A DNA stretch of 63,795 nt, filler included, from Licmophora abbreviata (GCA_900291995.1; 20 parts of 20 records of this genome joined end to end with filler, not necessarily neighbours in it); one strand, 5' to 3'; shown: positions 44,525 through 58,167, numbered from the whole stretch's first letter. The notes: generated by a model not told the origin, from the sequence alone. Program-made: numbers and translations.

Positions 44525-45633
44525 TTAATAGGGATTGATACCACCAGTTCCTCCGCTGTAGGACCCGCCACTTGCGTAGTAGCCTCGGCCGTCGTTGCCG
44601 TATTGGCCGCCGCTGTTGGGATCTACCATGTAGGGCTCGACGGTGGCGGTGAGGGGGAACTCGACCGTGGCCGTGTTGACGATTCGGACCACGTTTCCGG
44701 TGTCGGGTGTCTCGATGACGGCGAAGAAAGGACGGTCAAGTCCGTCCTCAGTGTAGAGCTCGATCACCTGCTTGATGTTGTTGGGACCTTGCAGGAGCTC
44801 GATACGCGCATTGAGTGGTCGGCCATCAGTCTTGAGCGCGATCTGGACGCTAGCGACGGCGGGGTTGAAGGGGTATGTGTGGACGGCACCACCCTGAACA
44901 ATTCTTGGCTTTCCCTCGTTCGACAATCTGCTAATGACGGCGCCAAGTCCCATGGGTCCTCCCATGTCTGCCTCGCACGCGGCGGCCAGGGGGAACTCGA
45001 GCTGTCCAGTGTNNNNNNNNNNNNNNNNNNNNNNNNNNNNNNNNNNNNNNNNNNNNTTAATTAATTAANNNNNNNNNNNNNNNNNNNNNNNNNNNNNNNN
45101 NNNNNNNNNNNNGGGGGAACGTCGAGCTGTCCAGTGTTGCGGATGGCGATGGAGTTGGATCCTCGCGGGGTCTCAATGACACAGTTGAACGGGCGCGTGC
45201 TTCCGTCCTCGATGTAGACACCCATCTTCTGCGGAGTGTTGTCGGGGCCCTGCCACAGCTCGACATTGGCATTGAGGGGACGGCCCTCGGTCTTGAGAAG
45301 CACCTGCACTCGCTCCACAGAAGGGTGGGCGAAGGACCATGTCTGGAGGGAGCTTCCCTGGACGATGGTGGGCGTGGACTGGTCCCACATGTCGTTGACG
45401 TCGGGGCCACTGGCACGGGGGGTTCGGACGGCCGCCTGCGAGCTCTGAAGGGGACCGGCGCTGGTGCTATCGCCGACTTCAGAGTCCATGTTGGTGAGGT
45501 ACGAGGAAGCTCCGGTGGCGAAGCGGGCGGTGGCCGTTCGCTGTGCGTTGAAGCTGGGCGTCTGGTTGGGAGCCCAGGCGCTTGTGGTGCTGCACAAGGC
45601 AGAGAGGGCGGCGATGGAGACGAAGAGCTTCAT
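44525..45633 (-). CDS. PyShell-like diatom pyrenoid shell protein (split by spacer 45013-45112)
   Basis: TSA-WAP plastid presequence; two internal repeats VQG...VQV.LKT.GRPLNA..EL.QGP.N....Y.EDG..RPF...IETP matching, from memory, the PyShell CR1/CR2 pattern. Confidence 0.75.
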
Positions 45634-46511
45634 GGTTGATGGATTCTTCTTTGGGTACAAGTAGTTCTTGAAGTGAGATTAATGAACGTCAGGCAACAGC
45701 TGTTTTGCGTTGTCTTCAACGAAATTGTGAGAAACTCTTGGATTGCCTCAACCTGAGAACCACGTAATATACCTCAGCGCTCTCTATTTGTTCCCTCGTG
45801 CGTCACGCTTTCTTACTACTAGATTGCCTTACAAAGTGACGTCATTTCGGTCAAAACCCACTCTTTCGAACGACAAACGCTGGAATTTGAACACGTCAGT
45901 CACATTCTCGTGCGTCATCGAATTGTCAACAGCTGATACGGCCAATCAAAAGACACCATTCTGCCACGTTCTCGGTGCGTGAGTGTCGCAGCGAACACCG
46001 TATTTCTGTCTGTTGATTCTTTCTGCGATGTGTCAACGGAAGTGGTGGATGGTTCCCGACCGCTCCGTGTGGTGTCTTCAGCTGTTCCCATTCTTGCAAA
46101 GGTCGCAGTCGAGTCACAGTTGAGTCGCAGTCGACTGCAATGACTGTGACCGAGCGACGGCACTGAGCCATCCAACCGACCACCAGTATCCTATATACTC
46201 GAGTAGTCAATACAGTATGTACAGCTACCACCATAGTACATCGGATTGAATGCTTGCTTCTAAGTTTGGCGGATTGTGAAACTGCGATCGTCCGTAGATC
46301 TGCCGCAGATGTACACTACGTTCAAGCGTTCGTAACCTGCATCCCATTGGCAGCCCCTTCCAGACAGCACTGGAATGGAATGGTGCGATATCTCTCGTCA
46401 ACCCCAATGTCATAGCTCTAGAGTCCGTCTCGAACCGGCAGCATAGATTCCAATAGTAATTCACCTTCACTTGCTTCTGCTCCTGTTTCAAGCTACTCTT
46501 ATGTACTAGGT

Positions 46512-46779
46512 CTACGTCATTGTCCCCGACTTGGACGGATCATCCATGGGGGCCGCCACGTCTTGCTCCAAATCCAACGAATGCATCGACGTCTCAAACT
46601 GCGCAGACGCCGGGGCTGCAATATCCTTGTTGCGACTGCGAAGTGGAACGGGCTTGGGCGTACAGCATACAAGGAGACCGGAGAAGAAATACAGTATCAG
46701 TGCACAAATGCTAAAAGCGCTCCCGTCGGCAATACTGCAAGGCTTTTGATGGCGAATCTCATTGAGAATGTCACCGTCG
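46512..46779 (-). CDS. probable terminal exon of a membrane protein
   Basis: Polypyrimidine tract + CAG acceptor at 46780, then CSIADGSAFSICALILYFFSGLLVCCTPKP (TM helix). Confidence 0.45.
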
Positions 46780-47413
46780 CTGTGTTGATGAGACAGGGAA
46801 AAGAAAACAAATGGCGAGTACCAGCGAATGAGAGTCATCTTGGTTCAATAAGACAATTGAAAAGAGGCGGCGGCTGTGGAATATTCAAAATCATTCGCAT
46901 AGCATAGCATNNNNNNNNNNNNNNNNNNNNNNNNNNNNNNNNNNNNNNNNNNNNTTAATTAATTAANNNNNNNNNNNNNNNNNNNNNNNNNNNNNNNNNN
47001 NNNNNNNNNNTAGTACTTAAAATTTCTGGGTCTCCCAGAACTTCTTCCATCCCAAATGTTCCTGATCCTTTGAACAGTTTCCCAGTAGCCTCCGTCGACA
47101 CAGTGGCCGCCTGCGCCGCCACGATTGTCGTTCGTTTGGCACCCGATTGAAGCTGTACTACCAGAACCATCAGACGTCATAGACGTATTTGATACGATTT
47201 GACTCAACCGACTGCACCCCTTGCTTCAACTTCCGGGTGTGTCTGACTGGAAGTGTCGGGGTAAATCTCTACTCGTACGTAGGAACCAGTATGATATATG
47301 GTACGGGGTACTATATACGTGGAATCCTCTCAGCCACTCAACGCCATCCTGAGGGTGACGCACGCGTCAAGCTTTCTCACTTCACAGAACAAATCCCCAA
47401 TCAAGATTTGACC

Positions 47414-47896
47414 ATGATGTCGTCCTGCAATACGTCGACCATGTTGACTCTGTTGGCAGTCTTGAGTGTAGCACAGCATGCAAGTGCCTTTTCGATTGTC
47501 CCGGTGACGTCGCGGAACGTCTTTGCTTCCACAGGCCCCCTCTTTTCGTACTATCCAGAGGAAGGAGAACAGCAACCGGTCTGGGATCAGGAATCGATCA
47601 ACCAAGAGATGGGTTCTATGCAATCCAGGTATCCCACGAGTGAGGCGGACTACTTGGCGGCGGCGCGGCAGCGTGCTGCCGAAGGTCGTGCCTCGATGGA
47701 CTCGCAGAGTACTGACGACGATTGGCAGCGAATGGCTTGGGAGAAGAAACAAGAACTTGGCGAGCTCGATGACTGGGAAGAATCTGTAAAGGAAGCAGGC
47801 AACGAAGATAGCCAGATTCTCCTGTTCCCCGAGATGATGCAAGGCGAAGGCGAAGGAGGCCCGGAGGAGGGAGGTGACCCCCAGTTGATATTGTAA
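47414..47896 (+). CDS. small acidic plastid-targeted hypothetical protein
   Basis: Signal peptide LTLLAVLSVAQHASA-FS, then an acidic mature region. Confidence 0.7.
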   Translation: MMSSCNTSTMLTLLAVLSVAQHASAFSIVPVTSRNVFASTGPLFSYYPEEGEQQPVWDQESINQEMGSMQSRYPTSEADYLAAARQRAAEGRASMDSQSTDDDWQRMAWEKKQELGELDDWEESVKEAGNEDSQILLFPEMMQGEGEGGPEEGGDPQLIL

Positions 47897-48927
47897 TGCT
47901 TCTTGGAAGCGCTGATGATATGTATGTACGTCATAGAAGACGCCCCCGAAATGAGCGCCACACTGCACCGTGTGCTGACAGCATCGAATCAGCTAGCCGC
48001 AGCGAGGGAATCGACAAATGCACGATTTTTATATAGCTACACGGTTGCCCTTGTCTACTACGTTGCGACGTCCATTTCTCGTTTGTTCTGTACAGTGCGT
48101 GGCACACACGTGCATACTCCACGGCGTTGTCATGTCACCGGGTATCATACCGCGACAATATGCGATGTGTGATCTTTTCCTACAGTTAGATCTACCTGGT
48201 ACCAGCTAGGCACTCTGACACAAGACACGAGGAGCATCTCAGAGGCAAATGAGGCTGACAGCACAAGTGGCTCCACAGCTTGCTTGCTTGTGGAGAGCCC
48301 GAGTGTCGAAGTCGGAGTGCTACATATCGCAAAGGAAGTCATTCTGCACATACTTCTGGCGCCGACGAGTAGATGATCCCTATTGCAAATTTACTCACAG
48401 CGCGCCCATCAATATGGTAGACTTTGTCGAAGAAGCAACGGAAGCCGCTGTACTGTGGTCGAGACATTAGGGATTTACTACCGTAGCTGACTTTTGCAGG
48501 CCAGATCCCTATAAAGCGAGGACACGATGGTAGTCGCATCGAAGATACCGGTAGACCCTCTGATAGCGTCGTATTGAGCCAACGGACCACTGCCATTGCT
48601 GCAAAAGTATCTACTCCAGTTTCGAATGCTACCGTAACGTAGGCTTGGAAAAAGCATGAAGCGATCCACTCGACTGATCCACGCTACATGTACTGAAGGA
48701 TTGTTTGTGAGTTTCATTACAATTTATGGATGTCAGCTACTTCGCCGCGCGGTTGGTACTTCTCAAAAGCTANNNNNNNNNNNNNNNNNNNNNNNNNNNN
48801 NNNNNNNNNNNNNNNNTTAATTAATTAANNNNNNNNNNNNNNNNNNNNNNNNNNNNNNNNNNNNNNNNNNNNACACAAAATAACATAAATTGCTCATTAG
48901 CAACCAAGCAAAGAAGCGTATCTCACC

Positions 48928-50044
48928 ATGGTTCGAAAGACTCTAGTGGAAGCCCTCTTCCTCTTCTGGACTATCCACGACGCTGAGGCTGCCTTGAGGG
49001 GCAAGAGCCGTAAGCTGAATGGCCGACGCTTGAACGAGATATCTCACAACGTGACCACCACCGCCGAGATTCTTTTACCCTACAATCCATCATTCAGTTG
49101 CCCCGATACCGAGCTAAGCCAGTCTCTTGACGCCTGCTTTGATGCTGGAGCTGACAAACTACCCTACATCATTGCCTCCATGCCAGGTATCAGCTTCACA
49201 GATGGGTTTGTTGAAACCGAGTTGGACGAAGGTGCCATGGACCCTCCCTCCGACGGCTTCAATCGAAGGAGCTACAGAGGACGCGGGTACAGCAATGTTC
49301 GACTCTCAAAGCAACGATGACAATGACAGTGGTGGCTTTGTGATTCCCGGTGGTCCTGCTGATGGGGCATTAGACTTTGGAGTACCATCGGACGAGTTGG
49401 GCGAAAAACTGAAGGAAATGGAAGTCCAGCACGCCGAAGAAATCGCCGAAATCACGGGCAAAGAACATGATCTCATCTCCCTTCATTTGGAAGAGTACGC
49501 AACCTTCAAGGAAGAATGGACAGTATCGAGAGACCTTCTCATTCAGAAGTGGTATGATATGACGAACGCCCATAGTCTAGAACGAAAAGAGCTGTGGGAC
49601 GAGTTTGGACGTGTGGAGTGGGAAGAGCTGCAACATATGCGGGACCAACTGATCGAGCATCAGATGGCAGACAATGACGTCTGGATGGTGGAGCGCGACG
49701 AACTTATCAAGAAGTATCTGGACGACTACCAGCTCATGTATACACGCCAGCAGACGCAGCTTGGGGCGCTAGAAGAGACGCTGAAGTTCTACCTCGCCCG
49801 TCATGATAATGAGCTGGAAGAGTTGAAGAAACAATACGCCAACGATACGGCGACGCCAGGAGAGACTGATGAGCTTTCCTTCCTCATGGGACAGCTCGAG
49901 GATGATGACTTTAAAGCTGTCATGGATCGATACGAACTTGAACTTCAGAGCCTGTGCTCGGACGAGCTCCAGACCCTGGTGTGTTACAGCGGATACGAAG
50001 CTCCAACCGTCTTGATTGAGTTCGAGTGGGAGCAGAACCCATAG
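48928..50044 (+). CDS. secreted acidic coiled-coil protein (1-nt frameshift at about 49243)
   Basis: Signal peptide plus LRG..RKL..RRL motif in ORF 48928. The coiled-coil ORF ending at 50044 joins it if one C is removed from GACCCTCCC. Confidence 0.55.
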
Positions 50045-50368
50045 ACAAGCTCACATTGTGGGATGTGCTATTGATGCGTAATGTAACATGACTTTCTACT
50101 TAGCGATCGGGGCAATAGTATTAATTTCTTACAAGAAGCATTAGAAATTCTGTCCTTCCGATGACACCTTCAACCTTTCATAGACAAACATCGTGTCGAG
50201 GTCGCCCACGGACATTCCCCGAAAACTACATTGACGTTTAATAGACGAGCTGAAATGCTTAGACCTTACCACAAGCATCCATACTTTGTCTAACTTCATT
50301 GCGCTAGATTTTGGAACTGCAGATCTGTGCAGCGCATACCTGGTACTCTGGGTGAGACAAGCTTCTTG

Positions 50369-53300
50369 TCAAATTATCTTCTCTTTTTCCAGACCCCTCC
50401 GTGATTTGTGAAGACTACCTAGCAAAGACTGGATCTGCTCGTAATCTCTATCTTTCGTAGCTCCCTTGGTAGCACGTATCCGCTCTGACTCCTCCAAGAA
50501 GCACCGGGCCTGATCCATGTTCCCATTCCGGAATTCGACCGCTCCGATGCGCATCAAGACGTCGGCGACCCTGAGATGGTTTCTGCCATAAACTGAGATC
50601 AGAATCACTCGAGCTGCACCCAAAAGTTATATCTTCAGATCAACTTTTCGAGATTACCACATCAATATGCAAATATAGTTTAGTTTCTGAACGTACCTTC
50701 CTTGTAGGCGTCCAACGATGCCTTCACCTCTCCTCGCTCACTTAGAACATTAGCCATGCAGACGATAGCGTCAGCTACCTTTTCGTGGTCGTCACCAAGT
50801 TCTGTCTTACGCAGTTGCAAACATGAGTCATAGTGCTTGACTGCCGCGTCAAGATCCCCCTTTTGTCTGTGGACATTACCGAGGTTCAGCAGTGTATCCG
50901 ACAGCTTAACGTTGTCGCCGCGTGACCTGCGTATAGCCGCAGCGTCACAAAGAAGCCTCGTAGCGGCATCGAGCTCATGTACCTCGACCTTCATCGAGCC
51001 CATCGCGTTCAGCGTGTCGGCTGCCTCGACGGATTTCCCCCCATAGCAGATCGTCTGGATATCCAGGCACTCTTCAAAAAGAGCGAGCGCCTCTTCTATA
51101 TCTCCCAAGTGATAGGCTGTGCGTCCCAAGCTGTAAAGCAAGGAGGCAAGAGCCTCCTGATCGGCCTCACTCGTTTCACGGTGCAACTTCACGGCTGCCT
51201 GATAGTCTCCAAAGGCATTCGAATAATCTCCCATAGAATATCTTACGTCACCCAGATCTTGCAGCAACAGCGCGGAGGATTCGCTTGTCGTCTCATAGGC
51301 GTGCAGGCGAATTTGTATCGCCGCTTCAAAAGACCCGATCGCTCTTCTCTTCTTTCCGAGAGCTCTGTAGAGAATTGCCATCATCCGGTGTGTGTCCGCT
51401 AGTGCAAGACTCTTCGGTACGCTTTTCTGTTGAATTGTCAGTAATTTCTTGAAGTACTTAAGACTCTCTCTATTCTTCCCACACCTTTCGTATAGCTCGG
51501 CTATGCACGAAAGGGTTTGTGTAACGTGGAGAGAAGCAGTTCCTCCCCTGTGCTGCACCTGCAGGCTCTGCTGAAAGATAGCAAGTGCCATTTCGGTTTC
51601 TCCTCTCTCCGCATATACCGTGCCACTTAGAAGGAGAATGTCTGCAAGTCGCTTGTAGTCATTGGAAACTCTCGTTTTGACTATGTCCAAAGCTTGTTCG
51701 AAGCATTTAAGGGCTTCATCGTACTCTCCGCGCAAAGTAGATAGTACTCCTCTACGAACGAGAGAATCAGCTTCTCTCTCAGGCACGCTTTGTGAATACT
51801 GGTGAAGCTTGCTGAGTCGCAACGATTCCTCATAGTAAAAAGAATCGCCGAGACACCTGCCAATATCTTCATATGCTGAAGCGAGCTCCAGGTGCTCGTC
51901 ATGGAAGAACTCCGATTTCAAGCGAAGAGCATCTTGAAAGGCTTTCAGCGCAGCAGCTTGTTCGCCCCGAGCATGATGAATTTTTCCAATGGCAATATGA
52001 ATCTCGCCCATATCCACGTTATCCACCGCAGCACTTTGTACAACGTCCAGTGCCCAGGTGTAACCATCCATCGAATCCGTCAAGTTCCCTTGTATGAAGT
52101 CTAGATCAGCAAACTTCTGTATGGTCTTTGCGTACAAAGAATGTCGATCGCCATGAACAGCGTGGCGAATCTGGAGGCACTCATCCAAGCACGTTCCCGC
52201 CCTGTCAAATCGACCCAACTCTGCTTCACCGATGGCTATCGCGTAGAGAAGGGCGGCAATCGTTTCTGTTGAGCCGAACACAGCGAGGAGTATCTCCCTT
52301 CCAATGTTCCAGTGGGTGATAGCGGCTTCCCAACATCGCTTTCCCGCGAGTGAGTAGCCCAGGTAGATATACGAGCGTCCGGCTTCAACCTTCAACCCAT
52401 GTCCCCCTCGAGCGTCGAGACCGGCATGATCAGGAGCGAGATAGAGCCCGACTGTACGATAACACTGCTTCATCATCTTTCGTGGTTTCAAGACCCAACT
52501 ATCCTCGTCGTCTTCCATCACGAGTTCGCAAAGCCTTTCACAGTCCGCCGTGTAGCGACGGGTAGCACCTTCCCGTCCTAGCATGAGTATTCGCCCCTTT
52601 GCAAAGTGCTCGTCACACAAGAGAGCGGCTGCATCCTTCAGCATGCCGCCGCACATCAGGTGTTCAACAATATATTCAGAAGCATATGCACGAATAGGTT
52701 CGAATGACTCTTCACCCCACACAATCTTCTTTTCCAATAAAGAACTCGCAAAGACTTCATTCCAGAAGCGATGTGGATCTTCCGCCAGCGATTCAAACTG
52801 CTGCAAGTCATTCAGCAAGTAGTCGCCGTATTCTGCATGGATAAAGTGCCCAATAGCAACCTTCAAAGCACTGCTAATCCCAGATCCAGCGACCGTTCGG
52901 TCGGATTCGTCGTCGCTTTCACCACCGACAGTCAGCATCTTGAACATTCCCAGTGCTGCAAGGGCTTCGGGAATCAGTATCGCCGCGTCATAGACGTGCT
53001 TCTGCAACATCCCCTCCTTTCGAAATGGGGAAGACCACTCGTCCCGAGCAAGAAGTGTCTCGAACAAAATGGTCGCAGCACATAGCGGGACACTGCGTTC
53101 TTCCAAAACCACTAGACCACTATCATCGGTACCAAAAACAACCAGAAAGGCGACGAAGCATGACTTGAGCACTCTTGTTGGTTCCATGTCGACAAGCGGC
53201 GACAAGCTAGCATCCAAAATATCAAAAATCATCGATATTGGCTCCCCTTCGGAGTCTCTATTTCTCTCAATAGAATTTTCGATGCTTCTGTGAATTTCTT

Positions 53301-56235
53301 CCACGCTACTAATCACCCCAGATGTGGCATGCTTGAGACGAAGCCATCGACCAACAGACTTGATGGCCAGGGGATGACCAGCGCATTCGCGCACAATGCT
53401 TCGCACTTCTCTTGCACTGCCAATCACGTGATTCGCTGGCAAGCCAGCCTCCGTCAGTAGCAGCTGCACAGCCTCCCTCTCATGAAGCAAGTCAACCTCC
53501 ACAGTGTCCGAAGCAGACACCAAGTGTCTATATCGAGTTGTGACGAGAAGGAGAATACTTCCTACCGAGATCTCTTTCAAAGTTCTCTCGTTCGCCGGAT
53601 TCAAATGGATACTCGCAGGGGGCAACGAGTGAAATTGAAACCATAGCAAGTCTGAGGAGAAATGTACATCATCCAATATGAGCAGTACTCTTCGTTTCTG
53701 TAGCAGCTCCGAGACGATGTCGCGAGCGTACGCCATGAATCCTTCCTCGCGTCGTTTTCTCTCGAACGGGGATTCTAAAGGGACAGGAATGAGTTCTGGA
53801 AATCGATGCTCTCTGTCATGAAACGGCAGCTGTGACAGAAGCTCCCGCAAGCAAGCGATGTATCGTTCATAGTCTAGTTCACGACTACCGACATGTATCC
53901 ACGCGATGCCATCTCGAAAGAATCTCCGAGTATCGTCATGACACGCCACCATGGCGACAAGCGTTGTTTTGCCAACACCGACCATTCCAATGGACTCAGG
54001 GTCGTTCATGTCCTCCGGAGCAGAAGAAACAACAACTGTTCTGACGTCTTCCCTCGGTACTGACCTTCGAACAGACGATCTGAGTCTGCTATGTGACAAA
54101 ATTGAGTCTTCCATGGCATGAGGCGGGATGATCCGCCGAAGGACACTGGCGAGTATCATGGGTCGAGGCAAGGGGTCGGCTCGAATGTCATCTAATGCTT
54201 GCAGTGCGGCCCTTGGGACCGGTGAAACCCTTTCTTCTTGACTTCCCACGCTACTCCTCCCATTCAATATTTCAGCCTTATAGGACACCTCGCAAATCTC
54301 GCCTAGTACTCGAGCATTGGGGCAGCACTGGTCTGTACCGAGTAATACCTCATAGCAGACTCGTCGAAACAATCCGCGGTCAGTTGTGGTTTTTAGCGTC
54401 TGGAGTTCTTCCAAATGACTGGTACCAATCCAGGCCCGTTCCATGGACACAGATACACGATATTCGGGCGGTGGTGCCTCATCATGTAAGCTCACAATCT
54501 CCTCGGTCGTACTTTCCAATAGTTCCAACAGTGTAGAATATACTGTTTCTTCTTTGACATTCCACTCTTGTCGTCGACTCACACGATACGTCATGTCACA
54601 GAGCAATCGCACATTTTTCTCAGCTCTCGCCAAAAGCACGTTGGCATCGTCGTCAGGCTCATGAATTTCGACAAAGTACTGCAGGATAGGCTGGAGGGAA
54701 GAGAAGACGCGGTCAAGAGCCGGAGTATGTATTAGGATGGCACTGAAGGCTTGCTTAGCCTGCGTCGCAGCCACCAATTCGGAACTGTATTTGTCCTTCT
54801 TTTCCCTTGTCATCGACTTGCGTTGTTGAAAAACAGCAATTAGCTCCAACTCATCCGACAGTTTCACTAGGGCCCCCAACAAAGACTCCAGACCATGCAG
54901 TAGTAATAGATCGTATTGGGGGACGTCTCCGTCTGATTTCGACGATAGTGTACTACTTGCATCGATCGTCGCAGGCTGCCCATCTAAAGCTATGTCACGA
55001 AGATCAACATCCATGGCGATCAACTCACGCACGGATCTGAAGCTTCGGTTCTTCTGCAGGCCGTCCATGATCCGCTCGAGTGCCGCCAATTGCTGTTTGC
55101 TACTCTGCTGCGAACCGATGCTGCCATCTTTTCTCCTTCTCGGAGTGAGAGGCGGCAGAGACTGAGATAACATCTGGTGACTCTTCGTTCCTCTTTCCGC
55201 TCTTCTCGTGGGCTGCGCTGGCACCGAGGCGGACAAGGCTGCTCTTGCGTTGCCTGGGACGCGGCGAGCATCACGCAGCGGCAGACCCGGGGCTACGCCG
55301 CTAGGTATGGAGGACGACGGCCCCATTTCCTTCTCCGATTGGACAGTCAAGTCGCGACCCGGTACTGTCTCACCTAGAATTCTCGTTTTCCGAACGTTCC
55401 TTTCGAAATCTGTCTCTTGTAGAAATAATGGTGGAGGAGAGTCAGCCGCTGGATTGTCATCGCGGCCTTCCAATCCAAAATGGTCCACCTCGTGCCCATC
55501 TCGCCGCTTCACGTGAATCTCCATACTATTGGAAGGGTCCTTCGTTACCGTTTCAGTGATTAATGGTGAAGCCGAGCGGGAAGATTGCGCGCCCGAGAGG
55601 GGTCTGGTCGTCGTGTCATGTCGAGGCGACGAAGAGCCGCTGCTGCTGCTGCTACTACTACGAGTGGTTGTATTCTCGTCACTGGTCGAAGACGACCAAC
55701 TACCACTGCTACTGCTGCTTCGACTGCCCAACGACGAACCACTTGCGGCACTGGAGTCTCGTGTTTTATAAACCGACAGAGAGTTCGCCTCGACTTCATG
55801 CGTTTCACCTGGGTTCATTTCAGTCTCCCTCTTTATCGCTGATAGTCCGTCACTATGGAGTGATGTCGTACCCGAGGAAGAGTCGGAAGCAGTGTCGCTA
55901 CCCGAATCTGAGGAATCTGAGCCATTGGCGCCACCGTCACCCTGCTTGACTTTCTGGTTGACGACGAACTTCTCATTTTCATCGAATTCGTTCGTTCCCT
56001 CATGGTAGTCCTGCATGAGCTCCTCACGACTGTCGGTTTCAAATCCGTCCTGATGAACCGGTACCCTCTTGGTGTTGTTGTTGTTGTGGTACAGGTGCGA
56101 CGAGCTGCTAGTACTCCCCGAATTGTCGGAAGACGACGACGAAGAAGAGTCTGAGGATGAATAGGACCCCGATGAGGACGAGCCCAACGAGCTGCTGCTG
56201 CTGCTCGCGGTCGAGTATTCCTCGGTCTGGTCCAT
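50369..56235 (-). CDS. NB-ARC (STAND) NTPase with C-terminal TPR array, intron 50614-50696
   Basis: Walker A GMVGVGKTTL, Walker B LLILDDV, VTTR sensor, GHPLAI, more than 10 TPR-like repeats. Splicing continues the TPR in frame. Confidence 0.88.
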
Positions 56236-56850
56236 TGGTTGCCGCTCCGACGTCGTGTTCTCGCCTTTCTTCTCCTTCTTTGCAGACTCTNNNNNNNNNN
56301 NNNNNNNNNNNNNNNNNNNNNNNNNNNNNNNNNNTTAATTAATTAANNNNNNNNNNNNNNNNNNNNNNNNNNNNNNNNNNNNNNNNNNNNCCCCAGCGTC
56401 GCTCGCATCGCCATGTGTTCGTGTGTGTTTTGTTCCCGCCAAACCGATTGTCGTGAATGAGACGCAAGCCACTTCTCCGCGTGACTAGCTTGTTCTTCAT
56501 TTATATACATGAAATATATCAAGATCCGAGGCGCTGGAGAGTGCAATGTTCAGTTCAAGGTGCGCCTTCACGTCCGTCCTTCACTCCGTCGCCAGAACTG
56601 TGAGAGGGCGAAGACAGCTCCACAAGCTACTAGGAAGGTACTGGTAGATCTACCATCGACGACGACGACGGCCTTTACTTGCTTGTAACTTCCTATGAAG
56701 TTCCAGTTATAGTCTTGAATTTTAAGATCTCGAACCATGCGTTCGCCCGTGGGAATCGTGGGTCACTCGGCGTGTCGCACAAGAAGAAGCCTACCACCGG
56801 TGCGAGGCGTCCTTCGGCACCAAGCATCGTACGGCGCCATCCACGCACCC

Positions 56851-58167
56851 ATGACGACGACGACGAGGAAGCTATCGACAGTCTGCAACACTACTGTTGT
56901 TTTAGGTGCTCCCTGGAGAAGCCTTTCTCTCTTCAAGACGTCCTCGTCGATTCAAACTCGTTGCAAAGCGTCAGTATCTTTTCATTGCTATTTTCAAGGA
57001 CCCTTTCCTCTTGCGAAACGTTTCTTGCTCACACACAACAGAAAACAGAGTACTAGAAGAAGTGACTCGTCATCATCACCATCACGCTGGAGAATCCTTG
57101 CACGCGTCCTCCGATACGCTCGGATCCCTTTTCTTGTACTCTCCGTCTATCAGCTTGGCTACCAACAGGGTATCATTGCCTATGCCCATGATCCTGAACA
57201 AATAAGTCAAGTCTTGTTGCAGGAAGTCGTGGCGGGAGTGGGATGTGCCGACGTCGAAAATGACATTCAGCGTGTACGAGATGGACAAGAGGGGGAATCT
57301 ACTGCTGCTGCCAGTACGAGTGGCTGGTTTGCCAGTATAGCATCATCAGAAGCATCCTCCTCCTCCTCGGCAGACGCACGCCGTGTAGCGAGAATCGGTC
57401 GTTCCGTTCTCGCAAGGGCCAAAGACTATGTCCAACAGGAACGTCAACAGGCTGCCGAGACGTTGCGATCGAAACTTCCGGATGATCTCACTTCCGGCGA
57501 GTACTACGAACTGCTTCTCGAAGACGAAGACTTTGTCAAGTGGAATGATGCTTACAAGAGATTACTAGGAGACTGGACCTATTTGACAGTCAAGACGGAA
57601 CTGCCCAACGCTTTTGTGACAGAAATCTTGCCACGGCACGTGTTTATCACGTCCTCCATGCTGCAAACGATCATTCACAATGATGACGAACTGGCTCTCG
57701 TACTGGCACACGAGCTGTCCCATTTCATACTGGGACATATCACTGAAGCGAATCAATTGCAAACGCTACTCAGGACGGTGGAGATTCTATTGCTATCCAT
57801 GGATCCTACGGAAGGTTTGTTAAGCATTGGAGTAGTATCACTACTCGCAACAATGAGAACAGCGTTGACGGCCGCACACTCTCGTGACAATGAACATCAA
57901 GCGGATACTCTGGGCTTGGTATTGTGCGCCCGCGCCTGCTTTGATACCACCAAGGCGGCGCGTGTGTTTCAGAGAATGCACGATGCCAATGTTGGGCCCT
58001 CCCGCCGCTTGTTGTCGTTTGCAGACTCGCATCCGCCATCGCAAGAACGATTTGAGAAACTTTTGGAAGCGAGTGAGTCTGAAAATGCAGGAAAGTACTC
58101 ACGTAGCTACTGTGGGACAGTGAAGGATCGTGTACGGGGATTGTTGGGACAGCAGCAGCAGCAGTAA
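56851..58167 (+). CDS. M48 metallopeptidase (Oma1-like)
   Basis: LPNAFV, LAHELSH, SRDNEHQAD, SHP. The basic Ser/Thr-rich N-terminus suggests mitochondrial targeting. Confidence 0.85.
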   Translation: MTTTTRKLSTVCNTTVVLGAPWRSLSLFKTSSSIQTRCKASVSFHCYFQGPFPLAKRFLLTHNRKQSTRRSDSSSSPSRWRILARVLRYARIPFLVLSVYQLGYQQGIIAYAHDPEQISQVLLQEVVAGVGCADVENDIQRVRDGQEGESTAAASTSGWFASIASSEASSSSSADARRVARIGRSVLARAKDYVQQERQQAAETLRSKLPDDLTSGEYYELLLEDEDFVKWNDAYKRLLGDWTYLTVKTELPNAFVTEILPRHVFITSSMLQTIIHNDDELALVLAHELSHFILGHITEANQLQTLLRTVEILLLSMDPTEGLLSIGVVSLLATMRTALTAAHSRDNEHQADTLGLVLCARACFDTTKAARVFQRMHDANVGPSRRLLSFADSHPPSQERFEKLLEASESENAGKYSRSYCGTVKDRVRGLLGQQQQQ

